A DNA stretch of 64,000 bases, taken from assembly GCA_030141605.1 (NCBI GenBank), contig JAQGDQ010000122.1, positions 248,001 through 312,000 on the forward strand, read 5' to 3'. Positions 29,712 to 42,971 of the stretch are shown one piece after another (the first letter of the stretch is position 1; every line of letters starts with the position of its first letter). The notes under the pieces were generated by a model. That model ran no database searches. It was given only the letters and a program-made list of their open reading frames with translations, and was not told the origin of the DNA. The stretch comes from Tubiluchus corallicola (Eukaryota > Animalia > Priapulida). A program made the position numbers and the translations under genes.

Positions 29712-30484
29712 AACTTACATTATTGCTTAATCTGCTTTCTGTATAAATATAGATAAACATCAGATAATTATCTATCATACAAAAATGGCGCGTTGTGTAA
29801 AAGTTAAAAGCAAAATAATGTTGCTGCTGTGAATAACAAGCTGTAAATGTTACTGAGGCCAGAAAATTAAACTGAACTAAATCGAGTTTTTGCTTGTCAA
29901 ACTCTCACATATTTGTATTACAGTTTTAAATAATTATGGGTTCTAGGACAATAAAAATCTGATGTCGACAACAGTGAGTCAAATACACTGTATTAGTATT
30001 ATTCATTTGTCGTTTTATCGGATGCAAATCCTTGTTCGTCTGCTGTATTATTTCAAACGTGCTAGAAGCCCACATCTTTTACGCTATATGCAATAACAAG
30101 AATATTGAGGTGCTGATAAACAAAATTTAATGTCAAATAAATTTAAATACCTGCTATATTTACTGGCCACTACTCAACAATTGCATTTTACAGGTATAAG
30201 CCAAAACCAATATTTTTTTGTTTCTGTTCAACAATGGTAAACCTAGTAGCTAAGTGGACGCTAAAAATTGTGATGAATTTGAGATTTGAACTTGAGACCT
30301 TGCGACTAGAACTCGCAAACTAGGCCACATTTTCATCTCCATTTTTTTTCTATTTTAGGCGCTGAATAATTTGTGCTGGGGCTGCGGGCCACTATAACCA
30401 TCGCCCCCCCCCTCCAGCTCTCCAAGTCTGGATGCTAGAACCTCCAGGTTAGAACTCTATTTTTTTTTCATAAACGTTCTATAA

Positions 30485-31950
30485 CATTCAATTTGCTGTT
30501 CGATTTACATTCATGAGCCATTCGTATTCACTTGTTGATGCGTTCACATTCACTTGTTGATGCGTTCACATTCACTTGTTGATGCGTTCACATTCACTTG
30601 TTGATCCGTTCACATTCACTTGTTGATGCGTTCACATTCACTTGTTGATCCGTTCACATTCACTTGTTGATCCGTTCACATTCACTTGTTGATCCGTTCA
30701 CATTCACTTGTTGATCCGTTCACATTCACTTGTTGATCCGTTCACATTCACTTGTTGATGCGTTCACATTCACTTGTTGATGCGTTCACATTCACTTGTT
30801 GATGCGTTCACATTCACTTGTTGATGCGTTCACATTCACTTGTTGATGCGTTCACATTCACTTGTTGATGCGTTCACATTCACTTGTTGATCCGTTCACA
30901 TTTGCTTGTTGATGCGTTCACATTTGCTTGTTGATGCGTTCACATTCACTTGTTGATCCGTTCACATTTGCTTGTTGATGCGTTCACATTTGCTTGTTGA
31001 TCCGTTCACATTTGCTTGTTGAACCGTTCACATTCATTTGTTGAGCCATTCGTATTCACTTGTTGATGCGTTCACATTCACTTGTTGATCCGTTCACATT
31101 CATTTGTTGAGCCATTCGTATTCACTTGTTGATGCGTTCACATTCGCTTGTTGATCCGTTCACATTTGCTTGTTGATGCGTTCACATTCACTTGTTGATT
31201 CGTTCACATTCACTTGTTGATGGGTTCACATTTGCTTGTTGATGCGTTCACATTCACTTGTTGATGCGTTCACATTCACTTGTTGATGCGTTCACATTCA
31301 CTTGTTGATGCGTTCACATTCACTTGTTGATCCGTTCACATTCACTTGTTGATCCGTTCACATTCACTTGTTGATGCGTTCACATTCGCTCGCTGAACCG
31401 TTCACATTCATTTGTTGAACCATTCACATTTACTTGTTGATGCGTTCACATTCACTTGTTGATGCGTTCACATTTGCTTGTTGAACCATTCACATTTACT
31501 TGTTGATGCGTTCACATTCATTTGTTGAGCCATTCGTATTCACTTGTTGATCCGTTCACATTCATTTGTTGATCCGTTCACATTTGCTTGTTGATGCGTT
31601 CACATTCATTTGTTGATCCGTTCACATTCATTTGTTGATCCGTTCACATTCACTTGTTGATGCGTTCACATTTGCTTGTTGAACCATTCACATTTACTTG
31701 TTGATCCGTTCACATTTGCTTGTTGAACCATTCACATTTACTTGTTGATCCGTTCACATTTGCTTGTTGAACCATTCACATTTACTTGTTGATCCGTTCA
31801 CATTCATTTGTTGATGCGTTCACATTCATTTGTTGATGCGTTCACATTCACTTGTTGATCCGCTCACATTTGCTTGTTGAACCATTCACATTCACTTGTT
31901 GAACCATTTACATTAACTTGTTGATCCGTTCACATTCACTTGTTGATCCG
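30485..31950. repeat. 22-bp minisatellite array, ~65 copies
   Basis: Unit cacattcacttgttgatgcgtt with recurring variants (gatcc, tttgct, gaacca, gagccattcgta). Confidence 0.98.
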
Positions 31951-32305
31951 TAGCTACAATCTCAGTTATATTTCTGGCGCAGTTCAGTAAGACGTACAAA
32001 GCGATTCTTCTTTCAACAGCTTTAATCGAGCGATATTTCTTTTTCTTAGTTCACGATGGAAAGATGTGGATTGTTTGCCATGCGCTTGCGGTCTTGACAT
32101 ATGTGTCATAGAGGATGAAGATTTGGAGGAAACGGAAGTACCAACAGCAGAACAAGATGTCCACCTGGAACAGACCAATCCTTATATACCTCACGTTATT
32201 GAGCCGAAAGATCCATGGCATGTAGGCTTCCTGTTCGACACCAAACCTCCTCGTCGTCCCGAGCACAGAGTTGGCGACTGGGACAATCCACCAACGTTTT
32301 GCTAA
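31951..32305 (+). pseudogene. Deleted duplicate of the 37640-38242 orphan gene
   Basis: Near-identical to 37525-38242 but lacking ~362 bp (about 37626-37987), including the ATG; junction ttagt|tc|acg has 2-bp microhomology. Confidence 0.8.
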
Positions 32306-32714
32306 TGCACGGCAAGAAGATGTTTGGTCTGAGTTAGTCTGGAATCCATCAAGAGGTAGAGGAACGGTGTAGACCTGAATGAACAATTGCCAGCACACTT
32401 AATGTACAATGAACAATGAATGAACAATGGCCACTTAAGGATTCGCGATAAAGCAACACCTTGTCATATTTAAATTATTTAATTCTCTTGTAAATACCGA
32501 GTTTTTTTATACTTGCAATAAATTCATTCTTTATTACTTATTTCTTTGTTTATTGTTTATTGATATTATAGACGATGTTATTAAAATGTAAAACCGCAGC
32601 AGCAATAAACTGGATACAAGGTGTGAATGAAATAAAAAAAGAGAATCTAAATCCTATAAATCATCAATTTTATAAAATACAGTTTTAGTAGTAAAAACTC
32701 AGTATAAACTAAAT

Positions 32715-32920
32715 ATGTAAGTATGTAAGTAAGTGAGTGAGTGAGTGAGTGAGTGAGTGAGTGAATGAGTGAGTGAGTGAGTGAGTAAGTAAGTAAGTAA
32801 ATAAGTAAGTAGGTAGGTAGGTAAGTTATTGAGTGAGTGAGTGTGTGAGTAAATAAGCGAGCAAGCAAGTATGTAAGCATGCAAGCAAATCAGTCAGTAA
32901 CTGGGTAAGTATGTAAGTAC
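32715..32920. repeat. (GTAA)/(GTGA)/(GTAG) tetranucleotide microsatellite
   Basis: Directly visible; its counterpart lies at 38486-38576. Confidence 0.92.
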
Positions 32921-34340
32921 GCCGTTGAGTTCAGTAGATCGCAAGGTTAATGTTAACGTTCATTATGTAGCAATGCAGCTTTATCTAACTGAAATGCTGC
33001 CTTTCGTAAAAAAAACCTTTTGTCATTAATGGAATAAATTTTGCGAAATTATGTGACAATTATTACATAATTTTTGCTTCGTTATCGAACAATAATTGTG
33101 TAACAAAAGTAATGCATTATGTAAAAAAACTAACAAAGGTTCAGTCGTGTTCTGGGTTGGGTCTTCAGGGTTTGGTTAGCTCTAACTGTTAGTCTGGATC
33201 AGGTTCGAACTGGTTCTACGCAACAGCTGTATCTAGCCAGGTCTAGTCTATCAGTAGTCAGGTCTGCCTGTCGTCTGTTTCATCCAGGGCCTTTGTGTCT
33301 AGTCTGCCTGGGTCTGGTTTTCCGAAATCTGGTCTGCGGCTGGTTTGTTTAAGGTTGGTCTTTGGAATTTTGTTTGTGAGAGCTATAGCCTGTGAGTGGC
33401 TTGTTTGGAACTTCATCTGTCGGATATCGAAGATATCAGGTCCTAGCCAATTATTAATCTGTTTCCGATCTTATCAGTAGATGACTTCTGAAGACAACAC
33501 TACAGATTCGAATAATTCCGCACTTGTCCACATACGTTCTTTATCATTAAGAAGTTTGAAACAGAATGAATTTAGCAAAATTTAGCTGCAGTTTCTGTGC
33601 AAATTTTTTAACAAACTAATAGTGGTTTTAGTGCAGAACAAAATCAAGTGATATGTATGACCACTTTTTACTACTGGTTCGAAAATTTGTTCGAAAATCT
33701 TTCAGACCCAATTCGAATTCGCTTTCTGGTAGAGAACGCTCACCCATAGGTTTTAGCAAGATATAAGAACTAGGGGTGCGGAAAAACATCAGAGAAGAGG
33801 CAGAGACATTTACTTATAAAACTGAATGTGATACTAAAAATTCAACCTCTTTAGCCATTTCACTGTTTTCATTCACAATCATTCAACCATACTTGTGTCT
33901 TCCCCAGTATACAAAAACCAACCAATGCTGAGCTCTGTTTAAACTCAAATATTAAACTGAGCTTAACACGAGGCATGTTCCTCAGAGCGCTATTAAATTG
34001 GTGACGACATTCATTTAGAAGATAAATTATCCCGTATGAAAACCTCATTAACCAAACTGATTTATCTTGAAGATGTCCTCAAAAAGGGCTACTTAAAGCA
34101 AAATCTACTGATAATCCAACAAAATCAGTAAAATTCGGTTATTCAAATTTCCAGTAATAATATTAATAATTAAAAATTATGTCGTACCATAAATGATACC
34201 TTATGTCTTGAGACCTCAGCTCTCTGTTTACAAAATATAAACTGCTATTCAAGTACTTCCCTAAGTTATTATCAGACTTCTCTAATGATACTCCTCACAA
34301 ATTCAATAATAACGGTCGTGTTTAAAAATCATCTTGTAAC

Positions 34341-35185
34341 TCATGCGACAAATTCTATTTTTGGGGAGGAGGGCCAGACGCGTCTTAAAAATTTGGCTTC
34401 AAGAGCATAGTTTATAATCATGACAACATGGCATTGCCAGTCATATGTTTGATTTTAATAATGCTAAATTTTGATGCTTCGATTTTAATAGTGCTAGATT
34501 TTAAGATGCTTTGATTTTAATGATGTCAGAGTTGTATTTTCTTCAAACAAAACACCTTAAATGACACATTAAAGAGTTGCAATTTAATTAAGACAAATCT
34601 GATGGCATGTAGCTTGAATTCTACATTACAAACACATTTGTGTAGTAGTAAAATTGTAGTTAACTGTCACGTGCTATATCTTGTTACTAATTTCATCTAT
34701 CGCATACAATGCATTGAAGTAGGTGTGGACGAACACATGATTTGAGCTTAACATTTAATAATTGTTTTAATAATTGATTAAATCCTTTTTAAGTGTGATA
34801 TTTCTATGTGAAAATAATGAAAAATGGAGGCCCAGCAATTATTTTGTTTTTATGTGGTTTTCCCTTTTTCTTCTTCTTCACCCGATGAAACACCACAGGT
34901 GTGGTTAGAAGCCATGTGACTTTTTATGATTTAAATTGCTCAGTTAACACGATTATACTACAACAACAACAATTACTAATAATAAGAATTATACAATAAT
35001 AAGAATTAGTGACGTGGCGTGGGGTGGGGATTGTTTTGATTAAAAGGTTTTGTACAGTTTTCAACAATTATTGCATTAAGACATTGCTGGGAGTAAAAAA
35101 ACCCTCCTCCCCTTATTATTTACGTCTCACAGAAGCAGGCATGGCTAATGTCAGAGAGTTAATTTTGAAAAGGCGTAAACGGTTG
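34341..35185 (+). repeat. Second block of the local segmental duplication (matches ~38578-39288)
   Basis: tcatgcgacaaattctatttttggggagg...aaaggcgt.aacggttg is collinear in both copies; this copy has ~150 extra bp at ~34930-35078. Confidence 0.92.
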
Positions 35186-35269
35186 TTAATTCTAGATTGC
35201 ACTGTGTTTTTGCTCCCACTGCTAACCTAGTGTATGAGAATTATGTCTTTCGATCTAGAAAGTACGGTC

Positions 35270-35520
35270 TTAATGAAAACATTGACAATGTGTTGCCAAA
35301 TTGGAAATCTTGGCTAAAAATTGTAGCTCCTTTGAACGAATGAGAACCAAATGGTGCATGATCAAATGATAGTAAGGTTAAAGTTCAATGACATCAGTAG
35401 GAAATTATTGAAAAGAAACTCACTTTGTCCAATGCCATCGATATTCCCAATGAGCCTTCTGCTGCTAAGGCTGCAGAAATGAGTGAAGCTCTGACAAATC
35501 TCTTTTTGTTAGCCATGAAA
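35270..35520 (+). mobile_element. Ty3/Gypsy gag relic
   Basis: Frameshifted translation CVAKLEILAKNCS..NQMVHDQMIVRLKFNDISRKLLK..LTLSNAIDI resembles Gypsy gag (YVA.L..LA..C.F...M.RD.....I...LL...LTL..AI.I). Confidence 0.55.
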
Positions 35521-37639
35521 TTTAGATTTAAGAAATTCAAGTGTTGGTCCTGCCAGGAGATGAGGCTATCACAAAATATTCACGGAAAAATTCTACGGAA
35601 ACCGAAGTCGAGCTAGGCACGTGTACCAATAGTAATTAATGTAAAAATTGGTTTTTCTAAATTTTTACGCAATAAATTTTCTTTTGCTAAGTTTAACTTT
35701 TTCCTTTCGTCAATGAGTCCAAAATATCTGTATTTTCAGGCCACTTAGCAAAATATGCGTTAGGGCCAGCAGAGCCTTAATCCGCCATTGTGTAATAATG
35801 GACTTGAAGAATGAAGATACATTGCTTAGTTGATACATTCCCATGGATACAGCTTGCATAGTCTGTATAATACTGCTGCATGAAAGGCTACCTAGTTTTG
35901 TTATTTCGACTCTAGTTCAGTGTTTAGACCTTTTTTGTATCAGGTGAACAGTCAAAGCTGCTCGGCTGAAAATAAAATAAAAAAGCACAGAGTTAGACAT
36001 TCCTATCTCATGAGGCTTTTCCATTATATCACTAAAAAGTTTTTTCCACGATCAGCATTATGGAATAACAACCAATTCACACGATGTTCATCTAAAGCTC
36101 CTTCCTAAATAACCAATAACCATATTTCTATTTTCAAAATAAGGACAGTAAAGTAAAATATGATACAAAATTCTCCAAGTTCTAACCACACTTACAAAAT
36201 CTATCACGTTCAGCTACGTTCCATCTAAATAATGGATTTCTATTAATTTCCAACGCACCAATTGTTGCTCTCACCAGCAATCTATGCATATCTATGTATT
36301 GTTCATAAGTCTTCAGTAAAATCTAAAAACTAATTAGCCTACATGACTCTTCGCTTTCAGAGCACTTGCTGAAATAAAATGGTCCGCGAATGAAGTTAAA
36401 TTTGTGGATGTTTTTCCACAATGGTCTCGGCATTGTTCAGCGCCATCTACTGCAAGCTGAGGACAAATCTCTTAACAAATAAACTTTGATAATGGCAAAC
36501 TTGCTCATAAAGATAATAAACAAGAGCGCAATATTGAGACACTGGCTATTAAAAATTGCGCATTAATGGCCAAATTGAACTTGGAAAACGAATCCGAAAA
36601 ATGGTCAATGAGAAACCAGTAGGTTTTCATTCAAGCTACCACAATAGTTAATAAAGAGAGTTTTAAGATCAACAATTAATAACTCAAAGAAGTCGCCGAC
36701 TGACTGGCTGGCTGGCTGGCTGACTGACTGACTGTAGTACAACGTCTTTGGGTAAATGTCCTGTTGAACATTATAGCAAATATAGGTTATATCGTAGATA
36801 TTATTATCAGAATAATAACGTGTGAATACCACAAGTTTGTTGATTTCTTTTTAAATGTTCTTGGAGAAAACTGAGAAGATTTCATCAAATAGGCTGAAGT
36901 TATGATGGTGTTGATAAACTGGCGGATTTTACTGCCTAAAGCTATTTAAAAATTTTTTCACTCTTTAAGGCTCACTCGAAGTCGTAATTACATAATATGT
37001 TTTCCTTTCTCAACTTTCAGGTTTATTGCTCTTATACCATTGCTATTATTACATCATTTACTTCATCGATATTTACATTAAGTTATCTACAGCAGCATGC
37101 ATAACTAAAATCATTTTTTCATTTAAGTAAGGTGAATGTGTTAATGACTGTATGGGCGTACACTCACCTCGCACTACTCAAATTATTTTATTTAAAGTTT
37201 ATTAATGTGTTTGATATTGTATTTTTGATGTGTGAAATAAAATTCATTGTTCAATAGTTCAAAAAGGGCTTATGCTTATTTCGAGTTGCATGAGAGAAAA
37301 ATGAGACACATGCAAGATCTGGGTACATTAATCCTAACAAGGTTTCTATGTACTATTCGTTTCAGTAGATATTTAAAAAATCATCAACCAGAAATGTTAA
37401 ATTTTACGAGATAACTAGCCAATACCTTCTGCCCACATTACGTAATGCGTTTACGTTGTTACTACAATGCGTATAACATAGCAACCGTCCTTGTCATATC
37501 TATTACTGACGCACTCTTGTAACTTAGCTACAATCTCAGTTATATTTCTGGGCGCAATTCAGTAAGACGTACAGAGCGATTCTTCTTTCAACAGCTTTTT
37601 TCGAGCGATATTTCTTTTTCTTAGTTCTTTCGAGTAGTT

Positions 37640-38242
37640 ATGGAAGCTCTTGACCGTTTTAAGAGACACATCAGGAGCAATAAGGTTGCACCAACTGGAT
37701 ATCGGGGGAAAGTTCCCTCGCGGACGATAGGTTCGCATTTCCGGCACTTCTTCAAAAGAGTTAGAATGAAGATAGTCGATGTGACCATATCGGGACTTGC
37801 ACATCCTATATTATACATTCGGTTTTCCCTTGCTGGAAAAATATTTGTCAGAATGTTTCATCTAGTAACATCTAGTGATAGATCAACTGAAGATGAGGGA
37901 CTGCGAGCCGTTCGAGCACAATTGTTAAAGAGAGTGAAAGCCAGGGCAACTGACTTGATTATATCTGGGATGAAATCTCACAGCATGTCACGATGGAAAG
38001 ATGTGGATTGTTTGCCATGCGCTTGTGGTCTAGACATATGTGTCATGGAGGATGAAGATTTGGAGGAAACGGAAGTACCAACAGCAGAACAAGATGTCCA
38101 CCTGGAACAGACCAATCCTTACATTCCTCACGTTATTGAGCCGAAAGTTCCATGGCATGTAGGCTTCCTGTTCGACACCAAACCTCCTCGTCGTCCCGAG
38201 CAGAGAGTTGGCGACTGGGACAATCCACCGACGTTTTGCTAA
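37640..38242 (+). CDS. Intronless 200-aa orphan protein: basic N-half, CxxCxCxxxxC cluster, acidic/proline-rich C-half
   Basis: ATG-to-TAA ORF of normal complexity, GC-richer than its flanks; aataaa at ~38424; promoter-like motifs at 37436-37565; frame preserved in the duplicate copy. Confidence 0.65.
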   Translation: MEALDRFKRHIRSNKVAPTGYRGKVPSRTIGSHFRHFFKRVRMKIVDVTISGLAHPILYIRFSLAGKIFVRMFHLVTSSDRSTEDEGLRAVRAQLLKRVKARATDLIISGMKSHSMSRWKDVDCLPCACGLDICVMEDEDLEETEVPTAEQDVHLEQTNPYIPHVIEPKVPWHVGFLFDTKPPRRPEQRVGDWDNPPTFC

Positions 38243-38485
38243 TGCACAGCAAGAAGATGTTTGGTCTGAGTTAGTCTGGAATCCATCAAGAGGTAGAGGA
38301 ACGGTGTAGACCTGAATGACCAATGGCCAGTACACCAGGCCACTCAAGGGTTCGCGATGAACCCATCTTGTCATATTTAAATTATTTAATTGTCTTGTAA
38401 ATACTAAGTTTTTTATACTTTCAATAAATTTATTCTTTGTTACTTATTTCCTTGTTTGTTGTTTATTGATATTATAGATGATTTT

Positions 38486-38534
38486 AGGTAGGTAGGTAGG
38501 TAGGTAGGTAAAGTAAGTAAGTAAGTAAATAGGA

Positions 38535-38576
<42 letters not shown>
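38486..38576. repeat. (GTAG)/(GTAA)n microsatellite
   Basis: Directly visible. Confidence 0.92.
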
Positions 38577-40644
38577 TTCATGCGACAAATTCTATTTTTG
38601 GGGAGGAGGGCCAGACGCGTCTTAAAAATTTGGCTTCAAGAGCATAGTTTATAATCATGAAAACATGGCATTGCCAGTTATATGTATTTTTGATTTTGAT
38701 AATGCTAAATTTTAATGCTTCGATTTTAATAGTGCTAGATTTTAAGATGCTTTGATTTTAATGATGTCAGAGTTGTATTTTCTTCAAACAAAACACCTTA
38801 AATGACACATTGTAGGATTGCAATTTAATTAAGACAAATCTGATGGCGTGTAACTTGAATTCTACATTACAAACACATTTGTGTACTATTAAAATTGTAG
38901 TTAACTGTCACGTGCTATATCTTGTTACTAATTTCATCTATCGCATACAATGCATTGAAGTAGGTGTGGACGAACACATGATTTGAGCTTAACATTTAAT
39001 AATTGTTTTAATAATTAGACTAAATCCTTTTTAAGTGTGATATTTCTATGTGAAAATAATGAAAAATGGAGGCCCAACAATTATTTTTATGTGGTTTCCC
39101 CTTTTTTTCTTCTTCTTCACCCGATGATACACCACAGGTGTGGTTCGAAGCCATGTGACTTTTTATGCTTTTAGTTGCTAAGACATTGCTGGGAGTAAAA
39201 AAACCGTCCTCCCCTTGTGATATGCGTCTCACAGATGCAGGCATGGCTAATGTCAGAGAGTTAATTTTGAAAAGGCGTGAACGGTTGTGTTTTTATTTGT
39301 TTTATGCTCCGGTTCTTTACCAATTTAACGTTGCGGCCATTTTAGTCAAATAAATGCTAAAAATGAAAGTAGATACAAGAATTTCTGTTTAAACTAAATA
39401 ATTATCCAAATTACACCCAGTAGTATTTTGCACAAGCAGATGGTATAGCTTAAGTACTAAACTAATTACTATATATGATATACATGTGTAGCATAATAAG
39501 TTCTAAGTAGATGTTATAATTTGAATTACTGTTTTGAATGCTGTTTATACATGGAAACAGAGAGTAGACATGGCTGAGCTAATCAGTTGAAAAACTGTTT
39601 TACATACAATGTCTGAATTTTGATTTCTCTTAATCTTTAAAGCTTTTAACCTTTCACAGATTTTACTTCAACTTTATTTTCCAATGAATGCTTTTAACAA
39701 TGATAACCAAACGTTACACCTTATTTCCGTGCACTTTAGCTAGATCTAAATTTCAATATTCCAAAGGTGAGTTCACACTTCATTACAACCAAAATAATCA
39801 TCGAGAGAAATGCTCAGTTAAACTCATTTGTTTCCATTTAAACAGGGTCCAACTTAGAAATTTGTAAGAAGTAAATGTAATCCAAATCTTTTGCAAATGC
39901 AAGTATTAATTCATACTCCAGCAACTACTTCCAATTTATATTCACAATTGTTAACAATGTTTTCTTCCAGTAAGAAATCACAATTACAACTTCTTTCTAG
40001 ATTTTCATAGTATATCATAATAAAGATGAAAGCACAGCAATTTATAGAATAGAAGAACCAATACACTTATCTTTAGTCGTCAAGAGTTGTGATAACCACA
40101 AACCCGGACCTTAGTTCACATAAATGCATCTATTACCCTGCCTGACCAAGTAAGATACAAGACGACTTTTACAAAAACTCTGGCCCAAACACAATCATAG
40201 TGGCAACTGTCAAAATAACAGCCATGCCACCAGTATGATTTCTAGAAATTGCCAGTATTTGTTATCTTCACGCATTGTCATCTAAACTTGTTTCAAACGT
40301 TACTGCTAAAACACGTTCTGTATGGAACAAGACAGAATGAGAGTGATATAAAATTTCAAGATGAATTTTAAGCTTTATATAAGTGGAGGGTTTACTTGTG
40401 CTTAAAGATAAAAGTTTGTTTGCTTGACTGTCCTTTTGTAACTACTTTTCAAGTTATGAAATAATAATATTTTGTTGTATAGATTCATTCTGTAGATACT
40501 ACACAATTGAACAATAAAAAATTGTGATTAAGCTGGCACCTGATTCCTGATAAATGACTGTAAGGTATTTCACCAAATTCTTAGCAAATTAACTAAAACA
40601 AGTAACTAAAACGATTCAGAAAAGTTAGTTTCCTGTTGGTTACA

Positions 40645-41132
40645 AGCTACAGCTGTAGACTTCCAAATGTAAAACTTATTGGGTTTGATGTGCAAGCAGC
40701 TACAGCTGTAGACTTCCAAATGTAAAACTTATTGGGTTTGATGTGTCAGCAGCTACAGCTGTAGTACTTCCAAATGTAAAACTTATTGGGTTTGATGTGC
40801 AAGCAGCTACAACTGTTGTACTTCCAAATGTAAAACTTATTGGGTTTGATGTGCAAGCAGCTACAGCTGTAGTACTTCCAAATGTAAAACTTATTGGGTT
40901 TGATGTGCAAGCAGCTACAGCTGTAGTACTTCCAAATGTAAAACTTATTGGGTTTGATGTGTAAGCAGCTACAGCTGTAGTACTTCCAAATGTAAAACTT
41001 ATTGGGTTTGATGTGCAAGCAGCTACAACTGTAGTACTTCCAAATGTAAAACTTATTGGGTTTGATGTGCAAGCAGTTACAACAGTTGTACTTCCAAATG
41101 TAAAACTTATTGGGTTTGATGTGCAAGCAGTT
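40645..41132. repeat. 59-60-bp minisatellite, ~8 copies
   Basis: Unit agctacagctgtagtacttccaaatgtaaaacttattgggtttgatgtgcaagc(agc). Confidence 0.97.
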
Positions 41133-42971
41133 GTGGGAAATTCAAAAAGACGCCGTGGGTCGATAATTAGTTGAGGTAACACCAGTATGACCTGGTCGGT
41201 CTAAATTTGAATACACAGTTTATAAAATTTAATATGCGATGTAATTCGTCTGCAATTACCATCTACCTGACATTCATTTAATGACAATTACGGTTTATTT
41301 GACAACAAGTTAATATGTGTTATTGGAGTATGATTAGTTCACCTTTGGTGGTTTAATCGGGAATTTCCCGTACAATATCAACGCGTGCAAACTTCACCAT
41401 GACCGCTTTGACATAATTATTATGAATTTAATAACGTTGTAATGAACTTGAATTTCGCAAACTATATAAAATCGCCATCAACTCAAGTGACAGACCATAA
41501 AACTATATAATTTGAAGGCGGTATGTAAGTCACAAAGTTTGTAATGAAATGCTTTGTGCTTTCCTTTTAATTAGATATTGGAAGCGTGCAACATTTTTCG
41601 CAAAGTGATTTTCCCTTGGACATTATATAGCCGCTTTCACCGTTTTTTGTTTCAAAAACTTTGCAACCCAAAATTCGCCGAAAATTTTATTATAATTGAT
41701 AAAACTAATAAAACATAGTCAGTGCTTTGAAGAAATGTGCATAGAAGTTGGTTTAAAGAGATTTTTGTCCTGAAAATTTTGGGATTGAATACCTCAGGCA
41801 TCATGCGTTCATACGTAGTAATGTTTTTGTCGAAAAGGTTGTTGGTTGTTGTAAAGAGAAAAAGCTTCAAAATTGTACTAGCAAATTAGTTAACGTAAAA
41901 ATTTAATAGTTTCTTACATTTTCGTATTTTGCCAATATTTTGAACTTAGAATAAAGAAAGTGCGTAGCTGCGTTGTGAACATTTTAATATCATTTGAAAT
42001 GAAGCTGCTCTTTTTGCGTCAAATGTGTAAAATAAGGACAAAAATCAACTTATTTACTTAGTTACGAGTTCATTTTCTAGCATCTAGTGTCTCCGTTCAG
42101 CAGAATTCTCTAAAGAAGACATTCGCTTTGATGTGTAATTTAGGAACTAATTCTCTTTATGTGTTGCATATCTATTTACTTACGTTACCTTTAAGTGCGG
42201 TTTTTTAAACAAAAACCAAGCGTAATAAGCTGTGTTGCACGCATGCGCTGTATGATGTTGCAAAAATGTTACACACATAGCCAGTAATTATCGTGCGAAG
42301 TGCCATCGCAAATGCAATTTTTATTTCGCGTCATTACATGATTTTTTTCTTTTTTTTTACAGTTTTACAAGAATATTTCTTTGGCTACAGTAGGTGCTTC
42401 AGGTTTAACAAAACAAACAAGTCAACAAATGAACAGAAAAACGATGGAGCAACCAGTACTATAAACATTTAATTTTTGAACTACCAAGAATTTTTATACA
42501 AACTGTTTTGACAAATTTGCTTGTTTAATTATTTTAGCTAATTTATTCTCATTATTACATAGGTCTGTAATCGAATTTCTAGATAGGCTTACCTAAAAGC
42601 TGCTGACGGATGTATTATAATATAATTTCATTACAAGTATTACAATATTACATAGTAGATATACTTAATTTTTTAAATTTATTTCACATGGCATACAATA
42701 CTCCCAATTATATTATATCAAATTAACCTTAATTACTTCTGGTGATTAGGAAAAATCTGGGCATGTGTTTTTCTGGGCGACTGATTCTCAGTCAGGCCGA
42801 ATTTCCGCGCGAAACGTTATAAATTTGCATGAATTTGAAAGCAATTAATTTACATTGTTTTACAGGCGAGATTTGCATTTGTTAGTGTGAATTTGTAAAC
42901 TAAATGAAAAGTTACTTTACAGAATACTAACTACGTCTTAAATTAGGTACGCCAGTGTTTTTGTAAAAGAA

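Noticed and set aside
30485-31950. CRISPR-like array (also considered for the 60-62 bp arrays)
   Set aside because: Units are head-to-tail with no unique spacers, there are no cas genes, and the context is eukaryotic
40700-41182. Repeat-protein ORFs on both strands
   Set aside because: Product of the 60-bp minisatellite; the 59-bp first units break the frame and there is no splice support
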